From positions 18,414,001 to 18,478,000 of the forward strand of contig OZ024746.1 in the NCBI GenBank assembly GCA_964016885.1: DNA of 64,000 bases, in the 5' to 3' direction. Positions 41,001 through 56,000 of the stretch are shown here, piece by piece. The position numbers and the translations under genes are program-made. The DNA comes from Eledone cirrhosa. Taxonomy: Eukaryota. The stretch's first letter is position 1, and each line of letters opens with the position of its first letter. Under the pieces are notes generated by a model. That model worked only from the letters and a program-made list of their open reading frames with translations. It was not told the DNA's origin and made no database searches.

Positions 41001-44000
41001 TATAATGAGGTCATACTACTTGTTTTACTAACAGTTAATCCTTATTCTATTTTAAATCACTTCCCTATTTTCTCTATCACCTTCAGATTACCTGATCAGT
41101 TAATTGTGTCTTGGCCTGACGACAATGAAGTTATAGAAGGTGAACGCAGACCTGCAGGAAAAACCATTGGTACACTGAATTTTGTTTTGTTTCTTTGTAT
41201 TTTATTGATCAAGTTGGTGACACAACAAAAAGCACCCAGTCCACTCTGTAAAGTGGTCGTGTTGGTGACACAACAAAAAGCACCCAATCCACCCTGTAAA
41301 GTGGTCGTGTTGGTGACATGCAAAAAGCATCCAGTCCACCCTGTAAAGTGGTCATGTTGGTGACAATAAAAATGTAAATATGGTTGGCATTAGGAAGGGC
41401 ATCCAGCCATAGAAATCAAACCAGAAACAGTTCTGAATGAGTTAGACACAGTCATCTGATCTGGCTTGTCTCACAATGGGGACAACTTGAACTTGTCTAA
41501 CCCATGCTAGCATGGAAAATGGACATTAAACAGTGATGATAAATATGATCCACACATAAATGAGTTGATGTGAGACTAATGAAGTTTTGTTTTTGCAGCT
41601 ATTATTATTGTGATGAGACAAAGTTTAAAATTACTATGGTAGAAATATCTATAATCTATATTTCAACATGTTAACCACATTTAAAAAGATTTACTGAATT
41701 TATTATTTAAGACTCAAGCTTTAATGTTAGTTAATTATATTTTTTCATGTAAATCAATGTTAACAAGATAACTAAGAGAGGTAATGAAAGAGACAAAGTA
41801 TTATTAATTGATGAGACCATATGTAAGCAAGATACAGATCCCTGTCCAAGAGATCAGAAGCTCCACTTCAGGACTGACATGGTCTATGTCCAACCTTTGG
41901 TAGCAGGGAAAGTTGATGTTAAAACAACGATGATGATGATCTTCCTAGAATCAGTTTACAGTTCTAATGTTTTGGTGTTGCTATATTTAGTTTGTACTAT
42001 CATTTTGATGAGCCTCCAAGCTCAAGACAGACTTCAGATTTTTCTTTTAATATTAAATATTCTTTTAAAAATCATGTCTATTTTACAAATCTTTTTAAAA
42101 TAGTCAATGTTACTTGTTTGATTAAAGGATTACCCAATTATTATTTTCATCAAATATTGTTATTTCAGGTGATATTAAGGTCGAGATTATCAACAAAAAA
42201 GGAGAAACCATCAAACAATTACCTGGAACTGCTCCAGCACACAAGAAATTATTAGTGGAACTGAAGATTATTTGGCATTGTACGTGTTACTATTTTAATT
42301 TAAACTAATAAGCTCTTATGTGGCAAATTGGCAGAGTCGTTAGAATGTTGTGGGACACACATTGCAGCTCTCTGCCCTCTAAGTTCAAATCTCGCCAAGG
42401 TCAAATTTGCCTTTCATCTTTTTCAGGTCGATAAAAAAATTGTATCCGTGTCTAGTACTGGGGTCAATTCTTCCTCTATATCTCTTTCTCACTTCCTTTC
42501 TCTCATTCTCTATTCTTCTCTGGAGAAAATCTACTGTAGTCGGGCCTGGAGAGGGATGGGCTTCGCCTGGCTTAAAATGCCCAAGAAACGTATGCTACAA
42601 CAGCACCTCTTTGACTCCCCCAGGAGTTACAGGATCATACATTACAAAAAAAATAAACTCTTAACATTTTCCCTTCTGTTGCTGACTTGTAAATATTTCA
42701 AATAACACTACATTAGGAATAAACATTTTGAAATTAAGGAACTAAATACAAAGTGCAATGAGAAATCATGTTTATGGCACAATCTTTCCTTTTTGGCATC
42801 CCCAGGGAAAAATTCCAAAATACTGGGGGTTTGACAGACTGCTTCTTTTCCACTGCCATTTCCTTTGCAAAATTGGATAAACAGTAGCCTGCCAAAGGAA
42901 GGAGCCGTGTGAGGTGAAGTGGCTGTTGTTGACTGTTCTCTGTGGCATGTCTTTGCCATTTTGTCTGCAGCATACATCTGAGATATACTGCCCAGGGTGT
43001 CGCTCTCTCTCCCTTTCCCCTTCCTTTCATTTAATTTATTGTCATTTTATTTCTTTTCTTCATTTCTTTAAATAAAATGTGTTGTTTAAAAAAAAAGTAG
43101 TTCTTTTAAGTAACATGTTTAAATGATTTTATTGTTCATTTTAATAAATGTCTGACTTCCTATTACCATTTTTTCTAGCTTCTAATGGTGATGAAGTTAT
43201 AGTTTCTCATATTAGTCAACATGGAAAGAACTGGCCTTACTGGTTCAGGAAAATGGGTAGGTTTGAATTCAGTTTTTGTTAGATTTAAGGTTTGTCTACT
43301 GTGTATGAGCCCTTTGCAACTTGTGAAATAACAAGGTCACGTTAGGGTTGTGTCAAGAACATAAAAACTGCCACAGTGTTGGTGATTTATAGAATAAAAG
43401 CACTCAGTGGATGGTGTTAGGAAGAGCTTCCAACCTTAGAAAGCTTGCCACACAAGGGGTTGGGGGAACCCTTCAGTTTGTGTCAGAAGGCATGATAACT
43501 TCTCTTCTGCATTTGATAGAACGTATGGCTGTAGTTAGTACTGAAGCAGGAAGCTGCCCTGCTTCAGTACTAACTTGGTTCAATCCTTGCTAGAGAAAGT
43601 AATGATGATGAGAATTACCCCTTGGTTAAACTAAAAACTAGCTTATAAAATTTGTTTCTGATTTTTTTAAAAGACTGTTATAGCAATTTGGTTGTTTCTC
43701 CCTAAAGTATATATTTTTTGTAATAATGAAAAAACTTCTAAAATGTAACATATTAAACTTCTGTTTGTACTTCCAAATTATGGTATAATACCACACTTGA
43801 CATTTAATGTGTATTGAAACTAAAGGAATAGTTAAATTATTTACATAGTTAACTTATTTCTCTTATGTAATTATGTTTTGAGAATTTCAGTAGTTTTATA
43901 CCCTGTCTAATGTAAAAAACTTCTTTCTTTACTTCAGAAAACATCAAAAACTTAGGACATCACACACTTCAGCTACAAGTTGTATTAAATGAAAGTGGAG

Positions 44001-47000
44001 CTACTACTTTTGCTGGAAAAGACCTGCCATCACATCGTATTAAATTTTTTGTCACAGGTAAATATAGTTTGAATTATTACAATTTAACTATTACTCTAGG
44101 CATACTTTTTAAAGGATTTATTTTTCAATATTTCTTGAACTTAACATTTATGTTGTGTGTAATTTCAGTGTTATATAAATAAATACCATGATTGTTATAC
44201 AAAAACGCCTACAATCTATTGGGTCAAAATTCCTTTTTATTTTTAACAGAGGCTGAACCAAAGAAGTTTACTGTTGCTTTACTAGATGGACCATTCCGTA
44301 TTGGGGTTCCATTTCAAATTCCTCTTGAATTTCAAGATGAATTCAACCATATTACAGCCCCAGACAGTGGTTGCAAACCTACTCTTGAGGCCAGGTAATA
44401 GTTTTAGTCCTTTATTTCTTTTAATGTATTATATATTTCAATCAATTTAAAAATCAAATTGAATATATAAATGTGAAGCGGTCAGTAATTAATGTTGGTT
44501 TTCATTTTAGCGGATTGGATATTAGTTACGATAACTTACAAGTGAAAGGTAACCATCTGCTGATCAGGGGTATCTCTGCAAAAGGTGTCGTTAATTGTAC
44601 TACCGGAAAGGTAAGCTGGCTTTCATTCATCTTAATTTACAAAAGACAGGATAATTTCTTTTTATAAATCTAAATTATTAAGACTAGTTTAAAGAAAGAA
44701 ATTTTATCTCCCAAATATCTTTGCTTCATGTGTGTGGATGATATCCAATTTTTTGAAGATGCCTACTAAATTTTGGATGATATCACACAGCAAAGATATA
44801 GGGAAGGAAACAGAATTCCCTACCCTCTACCCTCAATCACAGCTGGTCTGGAATGTGACAATAGTACATTGTAGTATTTTTTTTATTTTTTTAGAAAATT
44901 AATTTTTCTGGTAATAACACAACTAACACATACATAAATTATTAAACATATGATTCAGATATATTACAATATTTCTTTTTTCCTATTCCTACTTGTATGG
45001 GTTAGACAGGTTGTCACATTCTGAGGTCAGGCATGTCAGATGATTGCATCATGTTCATATGATTCATTTTTTGGCATGGTTTTTATGGTTGGATGTCCTT
45101 CCTACTGCCAACCACTTCACAGTGTGTAGCAAGTGCATTAGTTGTGGCATCAGCAGCATTTTATTGTAGGACTAGCAGTACCATTTTCAATACTAGGACA
45201 CTTGTGTCTTCGGCCAGGCTTGGAGAAGCAGTGATAGAAGCTACATGTCAGGGTGGTAGACTTAATCCATCATCCATTTTGTTGCAAGCATTTAGGCCGG
45301 GTCTTCAGTTTTAGGATAACTTCTACTTACCCTTCTCAGAGGCCATGGAAATGTTCAGGAATGTTGCCCTTCCTCCTATGACATTTTCATGTCAAAGGCA
45401 CTGCTTCTTACTCCAACCTCAGAGAGTATAGAAAAAAAACTTTTAGATGATGATTTGAATTCTGGATTCTAATGAAATCTAAAGAGTTTTTAAAATTATC
45501 ATTAACTGAATAAGAGGGGTGGATTTGTATTGGTAGAGTGTTGGACAACATGCTTTGTGGCATATAGTTATGACCCTTTACGTTCTGAGTTCAAATCCCA
45601 CCGAGGTTAGCTTTGCCTTTCATCTTTACAGGGTTGATAAAGTAAAGTACCAGTCAGGTATTGGCATTGATTTAATCAACTTTCAAACTGATGGCCTTGT
45701 GCCAAATTATTATTAACTGAATATTTGAATTGTTTATAAACTATTATTGATGTTATTTACTTCAGAATTTTAATTTGACTGTGAAAGTGGATGAATTGGA
45801 AGAAAAACAAACTTTAAAAATCCGTTTGCTTCCTGGTAAGGAAAACATTTTAATTTATTTGTCAAGTCTTGAATATATTGTCTCTGTGAACAATAGTAAA
45901 ATGGGGGCTAGCTCATTTGATTTAGTAAGCCAAGAAATTTTAATTAAAATTGCACTTTTAGAACAAACCATTATCTAAATGACTAACTCTGGTTAAACAA
46001 TACAGGAGATATAACTCCAACATTTATAACAATGTCCCCATTGGTCTTTCCATTGTTGATAAAATCTACCAGTCACACCTCCTGGCGGAAAGAGTAATGT
46101 GAAATAAAGTGTTTTTTGCTCATGGACATAACACATTGCCTGGTCCGGGAATCGAACTCACTACTTCATGATTGTGAATACAATTCTCTAACCACTGCCA
46201 CACGTTAATGGTACCCTAATTTGTATCTTTTTTTAATGCCAACATAAATTATCAGCTATTTAATATGAAGGCTCAGTGTTGAGTATGTAGCTTGGAATAT
46301 AGCTGGCAGTACCATATAACTTTCTTTGAAAATTCAATAGAAAGTTGTTAAAAATATTGAAACAAAACTCTGTTGTTTGACTATTCTTTCTTTAATTTCT
46401 GACTAAATTGTTTTATGCCAGGTCCTCCTCATCAGCTCTCTGTGAAACCAGAACATAGTTTGAATCTTGAAAATGGAACTGCTCCTGTGTTCAACGTAGA
46501 GGTTCTAGATATTGCAGGCAATGTAACTACTGAAAATAAACTGGTAGTCACATGTAAGGTAATGTATTTTTTCCTTTTATCTATCATATGGCATGCTTTA
46601 TCATTATAACCATCTGTCCATTTTCCATGGTGACATGGGTTGGACAGGTATTACAGCACCTTGGTCCTTGTTGTTCTGGGTTTTTATAGCTGGATGTGTT
46701 TCCTGTCACCAACCACTTTACAGTGTGAAATAGGGGCATGTGGGGCATGTGACCAACACTAAAGAGACTGTCTGTAGCAGGACTAAAGAGTCAACCAAAA
46801 AAAAAAAGCCTGTTGTTCAACGGATGCAGGGTTTGGACAAGTCCTTCTCAGTACATCATCTCTCCACTTGTCACGTCCATTGTCATCTCTCTGAGCTTTA
46901 GCAATCTGGGATTAGCTCTCATCACTTCCATCCACATCTTCCTTGGTCTTCCTCCACTGCAGCTTCCTTCCACTGCAATTACTTGGCACTTCTTCACCCA

Positions 47001-50000
47001 GCAATCATCATCCACGTACATCACGTGTCTATACCAATGCAGTCTCCTCTCTACACTCCTTCTGATTCCTCTTATACCCAATTTCTACCTCAGTACACCC
47101 CTGCTTTGTCATTCCCACACATTAACATTGCACATCTATTTGTTTCCATTTCAGTTCCAAGGAATTTCTGGATTACCTGCCTATAGTCTTGACTGTTCAA
47201 GTAGTGGCACTGGAATATTAACAGGAGAATCATTGTATATGAAAAAAGTGAAAAGTAATCAGGAAGTTGTGGCCAAAATTGAACTACAGGTAAAATTTAG
47301 TTCTATAAATCTGAAAAATAACTTCTTATAGGGACATTACATCTAACCCCATTAAACATAGCAAGGAAATAATATTTCACTTGAATAACACCCAACAGTA
47401 TTACACATTTTCTTTCTGTTTCTCCTACAAGGTTAGCAGTGAGCAAGCTATATACCCAGCTTAATTCCACTACCGTAGGCATTAGTGTTAGTTATAGTTA
47501 TGAATTCAAGCTGAACAGGAACGACGTGGAATATCATGCATGTTGCCTCTCCTTTAACTAAATTATAAAAACCTGTTTAAATCTTCACATTTTGGGTTTG
47601 AATCTATAATAAAAGTTGCAGTTGCCAAGTTACAGCTTTTAATGTTGATCTTTACAACTGACTTCACCGGGCATCTTCCCACTTTAATACCATGCAGAAT
47701 GTAAAGCTTTCTTATGTCACACTGATGAAGTATACATTACATCCTGTTGTATGAACTGATTGGAAAGATACGTATATTGCCTTATGAAGGTGCATGACTT
47801 ACTGGTTAGAGAATTGGATTCACAATCATGAGGTTACAAGTTCAATGCGTTATATCCTTGAGCAAGACACTTTATTTCCCATTGCGACCGGTAGGTATTA
47901 TCAGCAATGGAAGATCAATGGAAACATTGTTTCCTTGGTCTGGAATGATTATTGCTTTGTAACACAATATATTTAATACATACATGTCTCTACTTAAATA
48001 TTTTTTATTAAAAAAGGGATGTTTCTAGCAATTTACAACAATCAAATGTTTAATAGGTTATATTACTGAATAAAAAGTCATCTGGAACTTCATCACACAG
48101 ACATTTATTTTCTCGCAAATTTAGTAGTAATTGTTAAAAAAGTTATCTAGTTTATTCCAATAATTCATAGAATCTTATACATTTAAAGAACTATCCAACA
48201 GATATCTGTTTGTTCAACTTGTTTTAATACAGGTTAAATTTCCTTTTCTGGATTATTATGTAAATAATTAGGTTTACAACACTTTATGCAATTTTTAACA
48301 AGATTTCTTTCCTTCTCTACAGAATAGCAGAGATGTGAAGACAGTGGAACGGAGGTTAAGCCTGATACCAAGTGGAAAAACTGCAAGTATTGAAATGAGT
48401 TATGTTTTGTACAAAGATGATGGCAGTGTAGAAAAGACAGTACATATTAAAAACTCCCAGGATGTGGTTGCTATAGCAGGTGAATACTTGCAGGGTTTAA
48501 GTAAGTATAACAAGTGGTTTCTTTTAATTTTTAGAATAAAAGAAAAAATAACTTTAAATGTTCTTTGTATTGAAGTATTTTAGATTTTAATGGAGATGGG
48601 GAAGATAGAAGCATGCTTCAATGGATATGTGATGTTAATATGCATGAATGGCAAAGCATGGATAGGCTGAGAGGAAAAAACTAGGTGTAAAAGGAATCAA
48701 ATGTTGTGTGCAAAAGGGAAAACTGCACTGCTATGGACATGTAATGCATTTGGTTGAGGAGGTGCCATGGTTTTCCAGTGGACAAAAGCTGCAAGAAAGG
48801 AAGGCCAAGGTAGACTTAGATAGATGTGGTGAAGGTTAATCTCAAAAAGTTGAACCTGATGGAGATGATGACGAAAGAACAGAGTAGGTGAATTGAAACA
48901 GTGCTGGAAAAGACTTGTCCACCCTACCATGCTTGCAGGCATAACATGATGTAAAATTTAAGTCTTAAAACATTTTGGCTTCATTTTAAGGATACATTGA
49001 AAGAGAGTTTCACTGGTACTATATGGAACACGTGAAGTTACAACAGAACCTCACTTATCGTTTTATGGAACTGATTTTCTTTTAATAAGTGAGAACAGAA
49101 ATGGCTAATTGTCACTCATTATCTCAAGCATTTATTTAATGGCTTCATTGTTTGGTTTTCCTAATAATTATTTGTGTTTGATGTCAATTATCTGGCTTAA
49201 GGAGTGTTGTTCATTGAACAACCAGCTGCCATCACTGCTGCATTGTGTTTGTGACAAAAGTTTCTCAAAGCCTTAGTCTCTTTTTAGCTGTAAGTAGTTT
49301 AGTATATGGTGGTTTAGTTTACTGCTGTAAGGAATTATATACAGTTATATAAAATTCAGTAATGTTCAGTTTAATTCTTCTGGTAGGAAAAGAGTTATTT
49401 ATGATACCAGAGGAAAATTTAGTTGTCTTACGTATCTTTGAAAGAGGATTAGCTTTTCTTTCTTACTACCTATGAGGGTAGGCTGACTATGAAGGAGTGA
49501 TGCTAGAGCTGTGGAATCTTGCATACTTTAATTTCAACTCTTCTTATTGATAACTGCATTGTTACCAGGGACTATATTGAAAAATAAATCTCATTTGGTC
49601 ATTCCATGAGAGTATCTTGGTCAACCTATGAACTTTTCAGCTGACCCTTGTATCATTCTCTTGTCCTCTGATTGATTGAAATGTGACTTATTTTTATTGC
49701 AGCATTTATACTACTTGATGAAGCTGGTCGGGAAATCAAGATGGATGAAAAAATGACTTCTAAGATAAAGGTATGTTTTATCAGTCTTTTCTTTAATAAT
49801 ATCACCACGAGAGTGTCTTTCTTTTTTCTTTTTCTTTTTTAAAAAAAAATCTTTTGGGTGCCATAAATCTATTTTCTGTATTGTTTAGGTAAATTGGACC
49901 CCTAAAATGAATAAAGAACTTCTACTTCAAAAGAAATTGCCTGATATTAAAGTTCCAACTTCAATTTCTGACCAAAAGTATTGCCATGTTAGTATTCTGG

Positions 50001-53000
50001 ATGGATCTGATACACACTTCAGTTTCACAATAAAGTACGTTTTGCTTTCTATTTTAATTTTGTTTTGTTTTCCCTTTTCTCATCATCATCATCACCACCG
50101 TCCTCACCATCACTGCTAACATCACCTGTTTTAAGCCTGTTTTCTTTCTATTTCTTTCATACCTGTTCTGTCCTCTTTCTGTGTGTTTCTGTCAAATTCT
50201 TTCTTGCTGCCCTCTAATCTGTCTATTTACTTTCTATTAAACCCTCTCTGTGATGTTTAAACTCCCTTTAAACTAACTTCAGAGCTAAATCAGGAGAACC
50301 TTCTCAGATGAAGTGTAAAGTGAAAGGAAGTTGCAATATCCGTGTGAAGGAGCCACTGGAAAGTGAAATTCAAGTTAGCATCAGGGATAAAAATGGCAAT
50401 GAAATAACAAATGTAAGTTATTCACTCAATACCCACTTTCCCCCCATAAATTGTAATTTATGGGGAAATGTTTGCTTCTTATTTTCTTTCACACACTTTT
50501 GTTTGTTAATTAAAATATATGTTGATTAAATATAATTTGTTAATTAAATATAATTTGTTGATTAAAATATATTTACTTAATTAAATATAATTTGTTAATT
50601 AAAATGTAATTAGTTGATTAAAATGTAAATTGGAGAAGTAGCAGTTCTTTCCTGAGACATTCTAACCATTATTAATTACCTTAATACTTATTAACAAAAA
50701 TATCCCATTGATTGTAAACGTTTATATTGTCATTAAACAGTAGTTTTATCTTCTATCTTTATATCAATTTTACTTTCAGTTCCTAGCTTCAGAGCTACAA
50801 GAACTGGAGATAAGTGGTGATGGCTTAATAACTGACAAAATCAATAAGTATAAAGGTCAGGTAAGTTATTATGATGAGCAAGAAATACTATTACTTAAAG
50901 AAATAGTCATTTGCTGTAAACCTTTTAATTTTTCCTTGCTAGCATAACAGTGATATATTTGGCTTTGTGCAAATATTTTAATGACCTTAAAATTGGCACA
51001 GATATATATATTCATTTGTAAAAATGTTACTTTTTTTTTTTCATGTCATTAAACGTCTATTTTTCCATGCTAGCATGGGTTAGACAGGTTGGGTCAGGTG
51101 ATTGTGTTGCTCATACAGAACTGTTTCTGGCTTGGTTTCTATGGCTGGATGCCCTTCCTAATGCCAACCACATTTACAGTGTGGACTGGGTGCTTTTTGT
51201 CGTGACACCTACGCAATCACTTTACAGTGTGTGTTGGGTGCTTTTTGTTGTGACACCTACGCAATCACTTTACAGTGTGTGCTGGGTGCTTTTTGACGTG
51301 ACACCTATGCAATCACTTTACAGTGTGTGTTGGGTGCTTTTTGACGTGACACCTATGCAATCACTTTACAGTGTGTGTTGGGTGCTTTTTGACGTGACAC
51401 CTATGCAATTACTTTACAGTGTGCGCTGGGTGCTTTTTGACGTGACACCTATGCAATCACTTTACAGTGTGTGTTGGGTGCTTTTTGACGTGACACCTAT
51501 GCAACCACTTTACAGTGTGCGCTGGGTGCTTTTTGACATGACACCTATGCAATCACTTTACAGTGTAGGCTGGGTGCTTTTTGTTGCGATACCAACTTGA
51601 CCATTTTACAGTATGAACTGGGGACTGGGGCATAAAAGCATGGGAGAAGGGTGGTGTGATCAGATGTGTGTGGAGGTGAATGGAATGGGGAGGGAGGATA
51701 GGGGTTCAGAGATACATGCTAGGTGTATGTTTCAATGATGATGCTCATTCTGTTTAATTTCTCCACTGCTTTGTTTGATCAATTTCAGCAATGTGCCTTC
51801 TGTGTAAAAGGTATCCAACTAGAGGATGCTCACACTGGTTCCAAGGAGTTGATGTTTCAATGGAAAAAACTCAAGGATTATGTTCGCCTCGAACTGGTAT
51901 CAGGCCCTCCTTTTCAACTTGTTATTCCAGGATGGGATTTGGATGAGGTATGGAACCTTTTATTTGGCAAGAATGTTTTGTCTTTGATATTTATAAATGT
52001 AAAGAAACTTCAGTTGTTGTTGTGTCTCTTGTTACAGATTGTTGTGATATTGATGTACATCATACACTTGACAGCCATTTTGTTAGATATATACCGGTTG
52101 TGATGTTTAGCACCAGTTCACAAAACTAAAACAATTCTATATTTTGCCTCATTATGTATCTTTTAATCTTTTATTGCTTATTTGTTTGTTTACCCCGAGC
52201 TGATATTTTTTAGTATCAGTTACCTCTTTTCACCTTAATCAGTGGAGTGCTATCTTTTCTCTTATTAAATCTAATTGTTAAAAATTAACTCATCTTAAAA
52301 GTTTAACTAATTCATGTTTGATAATACATACTTAGTCATTAGAACACTGGATAGAATGCTTTGTGGTATTCGTTTCAGCTATCTGCTCTCTGATTTCAAA
52401 TTCTGTTTAGGTCAACTTTGCTTTTATCTTCTTGAATGAATAGTAATTACTTTAATGAACCTAAACTGTAGTGATTTCCGGAGGTTGACTAGGGAGATGG
52501 CACTTTGTTTTTCCATTGTTTTTGTCCCTTGCGCCTCCTTTCCTGAATTTATATATAAATATATATAATGTGCTTTTTTTTCATCTTCAGCCCATTGTAG
52601 TATATGATGGTGGAAAAATTAACCAACATTTACTTGTATTGCTGTGTGATGACAGGGGAAACCAGTGTAAAGAGAAAGATGTTAAAGTCATTTTGAATAG
52701 AGATCAAAAAATTAAGGTACATTTATTGCTATATAATTTTTTGTTTGACTTGCAGTTCTTTAAAGATAATACAGGTTGTCATTGGAGTGTAGGAGAAAAT
52801 CATTAGCAATATTTGTTCTGCCTCTCTCTGCTCTGAGTTCAAATCCTACCAAGATCAACTTTACCTTTCATCCTTTTGGGGTCGATATAATAAAGTATCA
52901 GTTCAGAGCATTAGGCGAGACACCTTGCAGTATTTCTTCAGGCTTTTGGCATTTTTAGTTCAAATCCCACTGTGACTGATAGTCTTAGTCCATTACCTAC

Positions 53001-56000
53001 TCTAATACCATAATCGAAAATATGATATTTCAAATCTAAATATTTTGTAAACATTTAAATATTGATTCTTAACAGTTAGTGTCCTGTACTACATGAAAGC
53101 AGATTAGCAAGACCAGCACAATGGCTGCATCACATTAAAAATTCAAGTCTTTACTTTAGTTTACTGCAAATTTTTCTAACAATCTGTCTACTTATACAGA
53201 TACTTTACACATTTGAATTATCTAGCCTATTTTTATATATTTTTTTACTAAATATTTACATGGTTTTTGGGAGTTAAATGTTAATAATTTGAAAAGCATA
53301 CTTGCAGACTTTATTACAAAAGTGAATTTTAATTTCAGATTGTGCCTTCTGCTACTACAATGAAAACTGATGGTCAAGGACAAGTAGATTTTGGAAACTT
53401 CTCTGTCAATGGGCCAAAGTAAGACTAAATTATATTATTATTATAATGTGCTTCGGTGGATTGACAGTGTCAGTAGAGTGTCGGGCAACATGCTTTGCAG
53501 CATATAATCATGGCCCTTTACGTTTTGAATTCAAATCCTGTCGAGGTTAGCTTTGCCTTTTATCCTTACGGGGTCAATAAAATAAAGCACCAGTAATGCA
53601 CTGGAGTTGATTTAATCGACTTTCTCTTCCCCTAAAAATTGTTTGCCTTGTACCTAAATCAGAACCCATTATTATTATGTTCTTAGGAAAACATTTACAA
53701 TTAACCCTACTGAGTTCAGAGACTTCATATTTATTTTAAATTTGATTGCTAAAACAAAAATATTGGTTTGTTTGACAGAGGTGTCTATGAGTTGACAGTG
53801 AAAGCACTACTTAATGGCAATAAAACCATCACAGGGCCAAGAATTAAGATAAGCATTCGACCAGATCCAACCAAACCATTACATCTTGAAGTGGATTGTA
53901 AAAACGATATAGCAGTAGAAGCTGGCTCAAAGTTACCTGGTAAGTCTTCTGTGTGATACAGATATTGATATTGCTCTGAATGGGTTTTCATTTTGTACTG
54001 ATTTCATTTCATTATGAAATAACTAATTTCCTTGGATGTTTACTCTCACAAAAATTTTAAATTCTCCTCTTCCTGCTTCTCCCATCTTCCCCCTCATCCG
54101 CCTTCCCCTGCCCCTCCTCCTGTCAGAAACAACCAAGCTCATAGATATTATCCAACCATCTTGCTTTTGATCTTCCTTGGGTACTTACTCTCTCTAAAAG
54201 TTATATTTTTAGATTGTTAGAAATAAAGGTTTTCTATCCATATACATGGAAATGAGAGATGCTAGAAATGTATATGGGAAACCAGCAGGGTTCTACTAGT
54301 GTGTGTGTGTCGTAATGTGATGTCTGCACATTGTTATGTAATCGTAACATAGACCAGCATGATATTTTGTTGATTTGGTTAAAGAAGAGATACATGTCCG
54401 TCGTGTCCTATTTTCTCCATGTATGTATATATAAAGAGAGAGTGAGACAGAGAGGACAGATACTTAACATTGTGATATATATATATATATAGAAAAAAAC
54501 TCTCTTTCGTCATGAATGACCATGGGATTTGCACCTAGAAGGGTTTGAAGCATACATCTAATATGTACCACTTTCCTTGATCTTCCCCTACCCTCTTCCA
54601 TATACCACCCATCACCCATGTTCCTAAAGCCCCACCACTCACCTGGTAAGTCCCCGACCCTAGATCTTCTCCAATCCCTATGCACCTCCTGACCCCAGCT
54701 CCCCAATCCACACTAATTGTGTTTGGCGTCCAGCCATTAGAAACCAAGTTAAAATCAGTTCTGTATGAGCAAGACATGGTCATCTGATCTGGCTTGTCTC
54801 ACAATGGGACAACTCATCTCATCCATGCTAGCAGGGAAAAATGGTGATGTATATATATTCAATTGGTGCCTGGATAGTGAATTAAGTGAACATTACATCT
54901 TTGTAACAATGGTTTGTTGAGCTCATATTGACGCAATTTGATTTATCATTCAAATCTATTACCATGAGATGTTATTTCTTATGGTCAACATATTACACCA
55001 ATCTTACTATTAAATGTTTATGTGGTTGGAAACTTTGAAAAAGAAAAAAATGATATATTTAGGCATGTCTTAAATTAGTACCTTTATAATTAAATCATCT
55101 TTAAAAATATATTATCCCAAAATTTTGCCTAAATTTATTCTTGTAATTTTTAAATGGAAAAAAATGAATTTGCACAATTTATTTCTCTTTAACATTTGGT
55201 ATTATATATACAAAATTATAAATTCACACACATAACCAAATAAAGTTGCTAATAAAATGCAAGATTATGTAAATTTCTGACTTTACAGATCTGTCCAACT
55301 CATGCTAGTCGTGAGAATAAATCTTAAAAACAATATAAAGTAGTATAGTTAATACAAATTGTGAGATACGTAATAAATGACTAAGTTTCAAAAAGCCGGT
55401 ACAATGCCATAGAAATATATAAAAAGCAGAAGATATACTGGGTAAAACATTACTTTGTTTTGTTTTATTTTTCATCCTTTGCCCTTTATATATTTCTACC
55501 ACAATCTACTGGCTTTCTGAAACTTATCAATCATTTATTACATAAAATAAAATAGTTTGTAGCTTCTTTATCAAAGCAGTTTCTCATTCTCTCCGAAATT
55601 TAGATGAAATAGACTCTAATATTTGCTCTGCTTTTTAATTCAATGAAGTATACACAGTGAAAGTATTAGCAGAAGATGGCAATCCATTGATTATGGCAAA
55701 GCCTTCACATCTGTCAATGAAACAATGGCCTTCAGATTCTAGTCACCAGTCAATACCGCCTCCCAAAGTAAGTAGATTTTTTAAAAATATATTTCACACT
55801 AGCATAAGTTTAGTTTCTGCTGTATCTCTTGAATTCTTTTATGGAAACCTTTCATATTTTCTCTATGTGAATTTTAATCACTATGACTTAAAACTATCTT
55901 AAACAGATTTGTAACATGTTTGTGACTTAAATGAATAGCCAAATGTGTCTCAAAGCTTCAATTCATATATATATATATATATATAATGTATTGTATGAAT

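Noticed and set aside
47720-47765. CTGATGA hammerhead-like start
   Set aside because: No correctly placed GAAA, and no helix I or III.
51170-51615. CRISPR-like regular array and the 185-aa repeat ORF
   Set aside because: Head-to-tail units with no unique spacers, no cas genes, and located in a eukaryotic intron.
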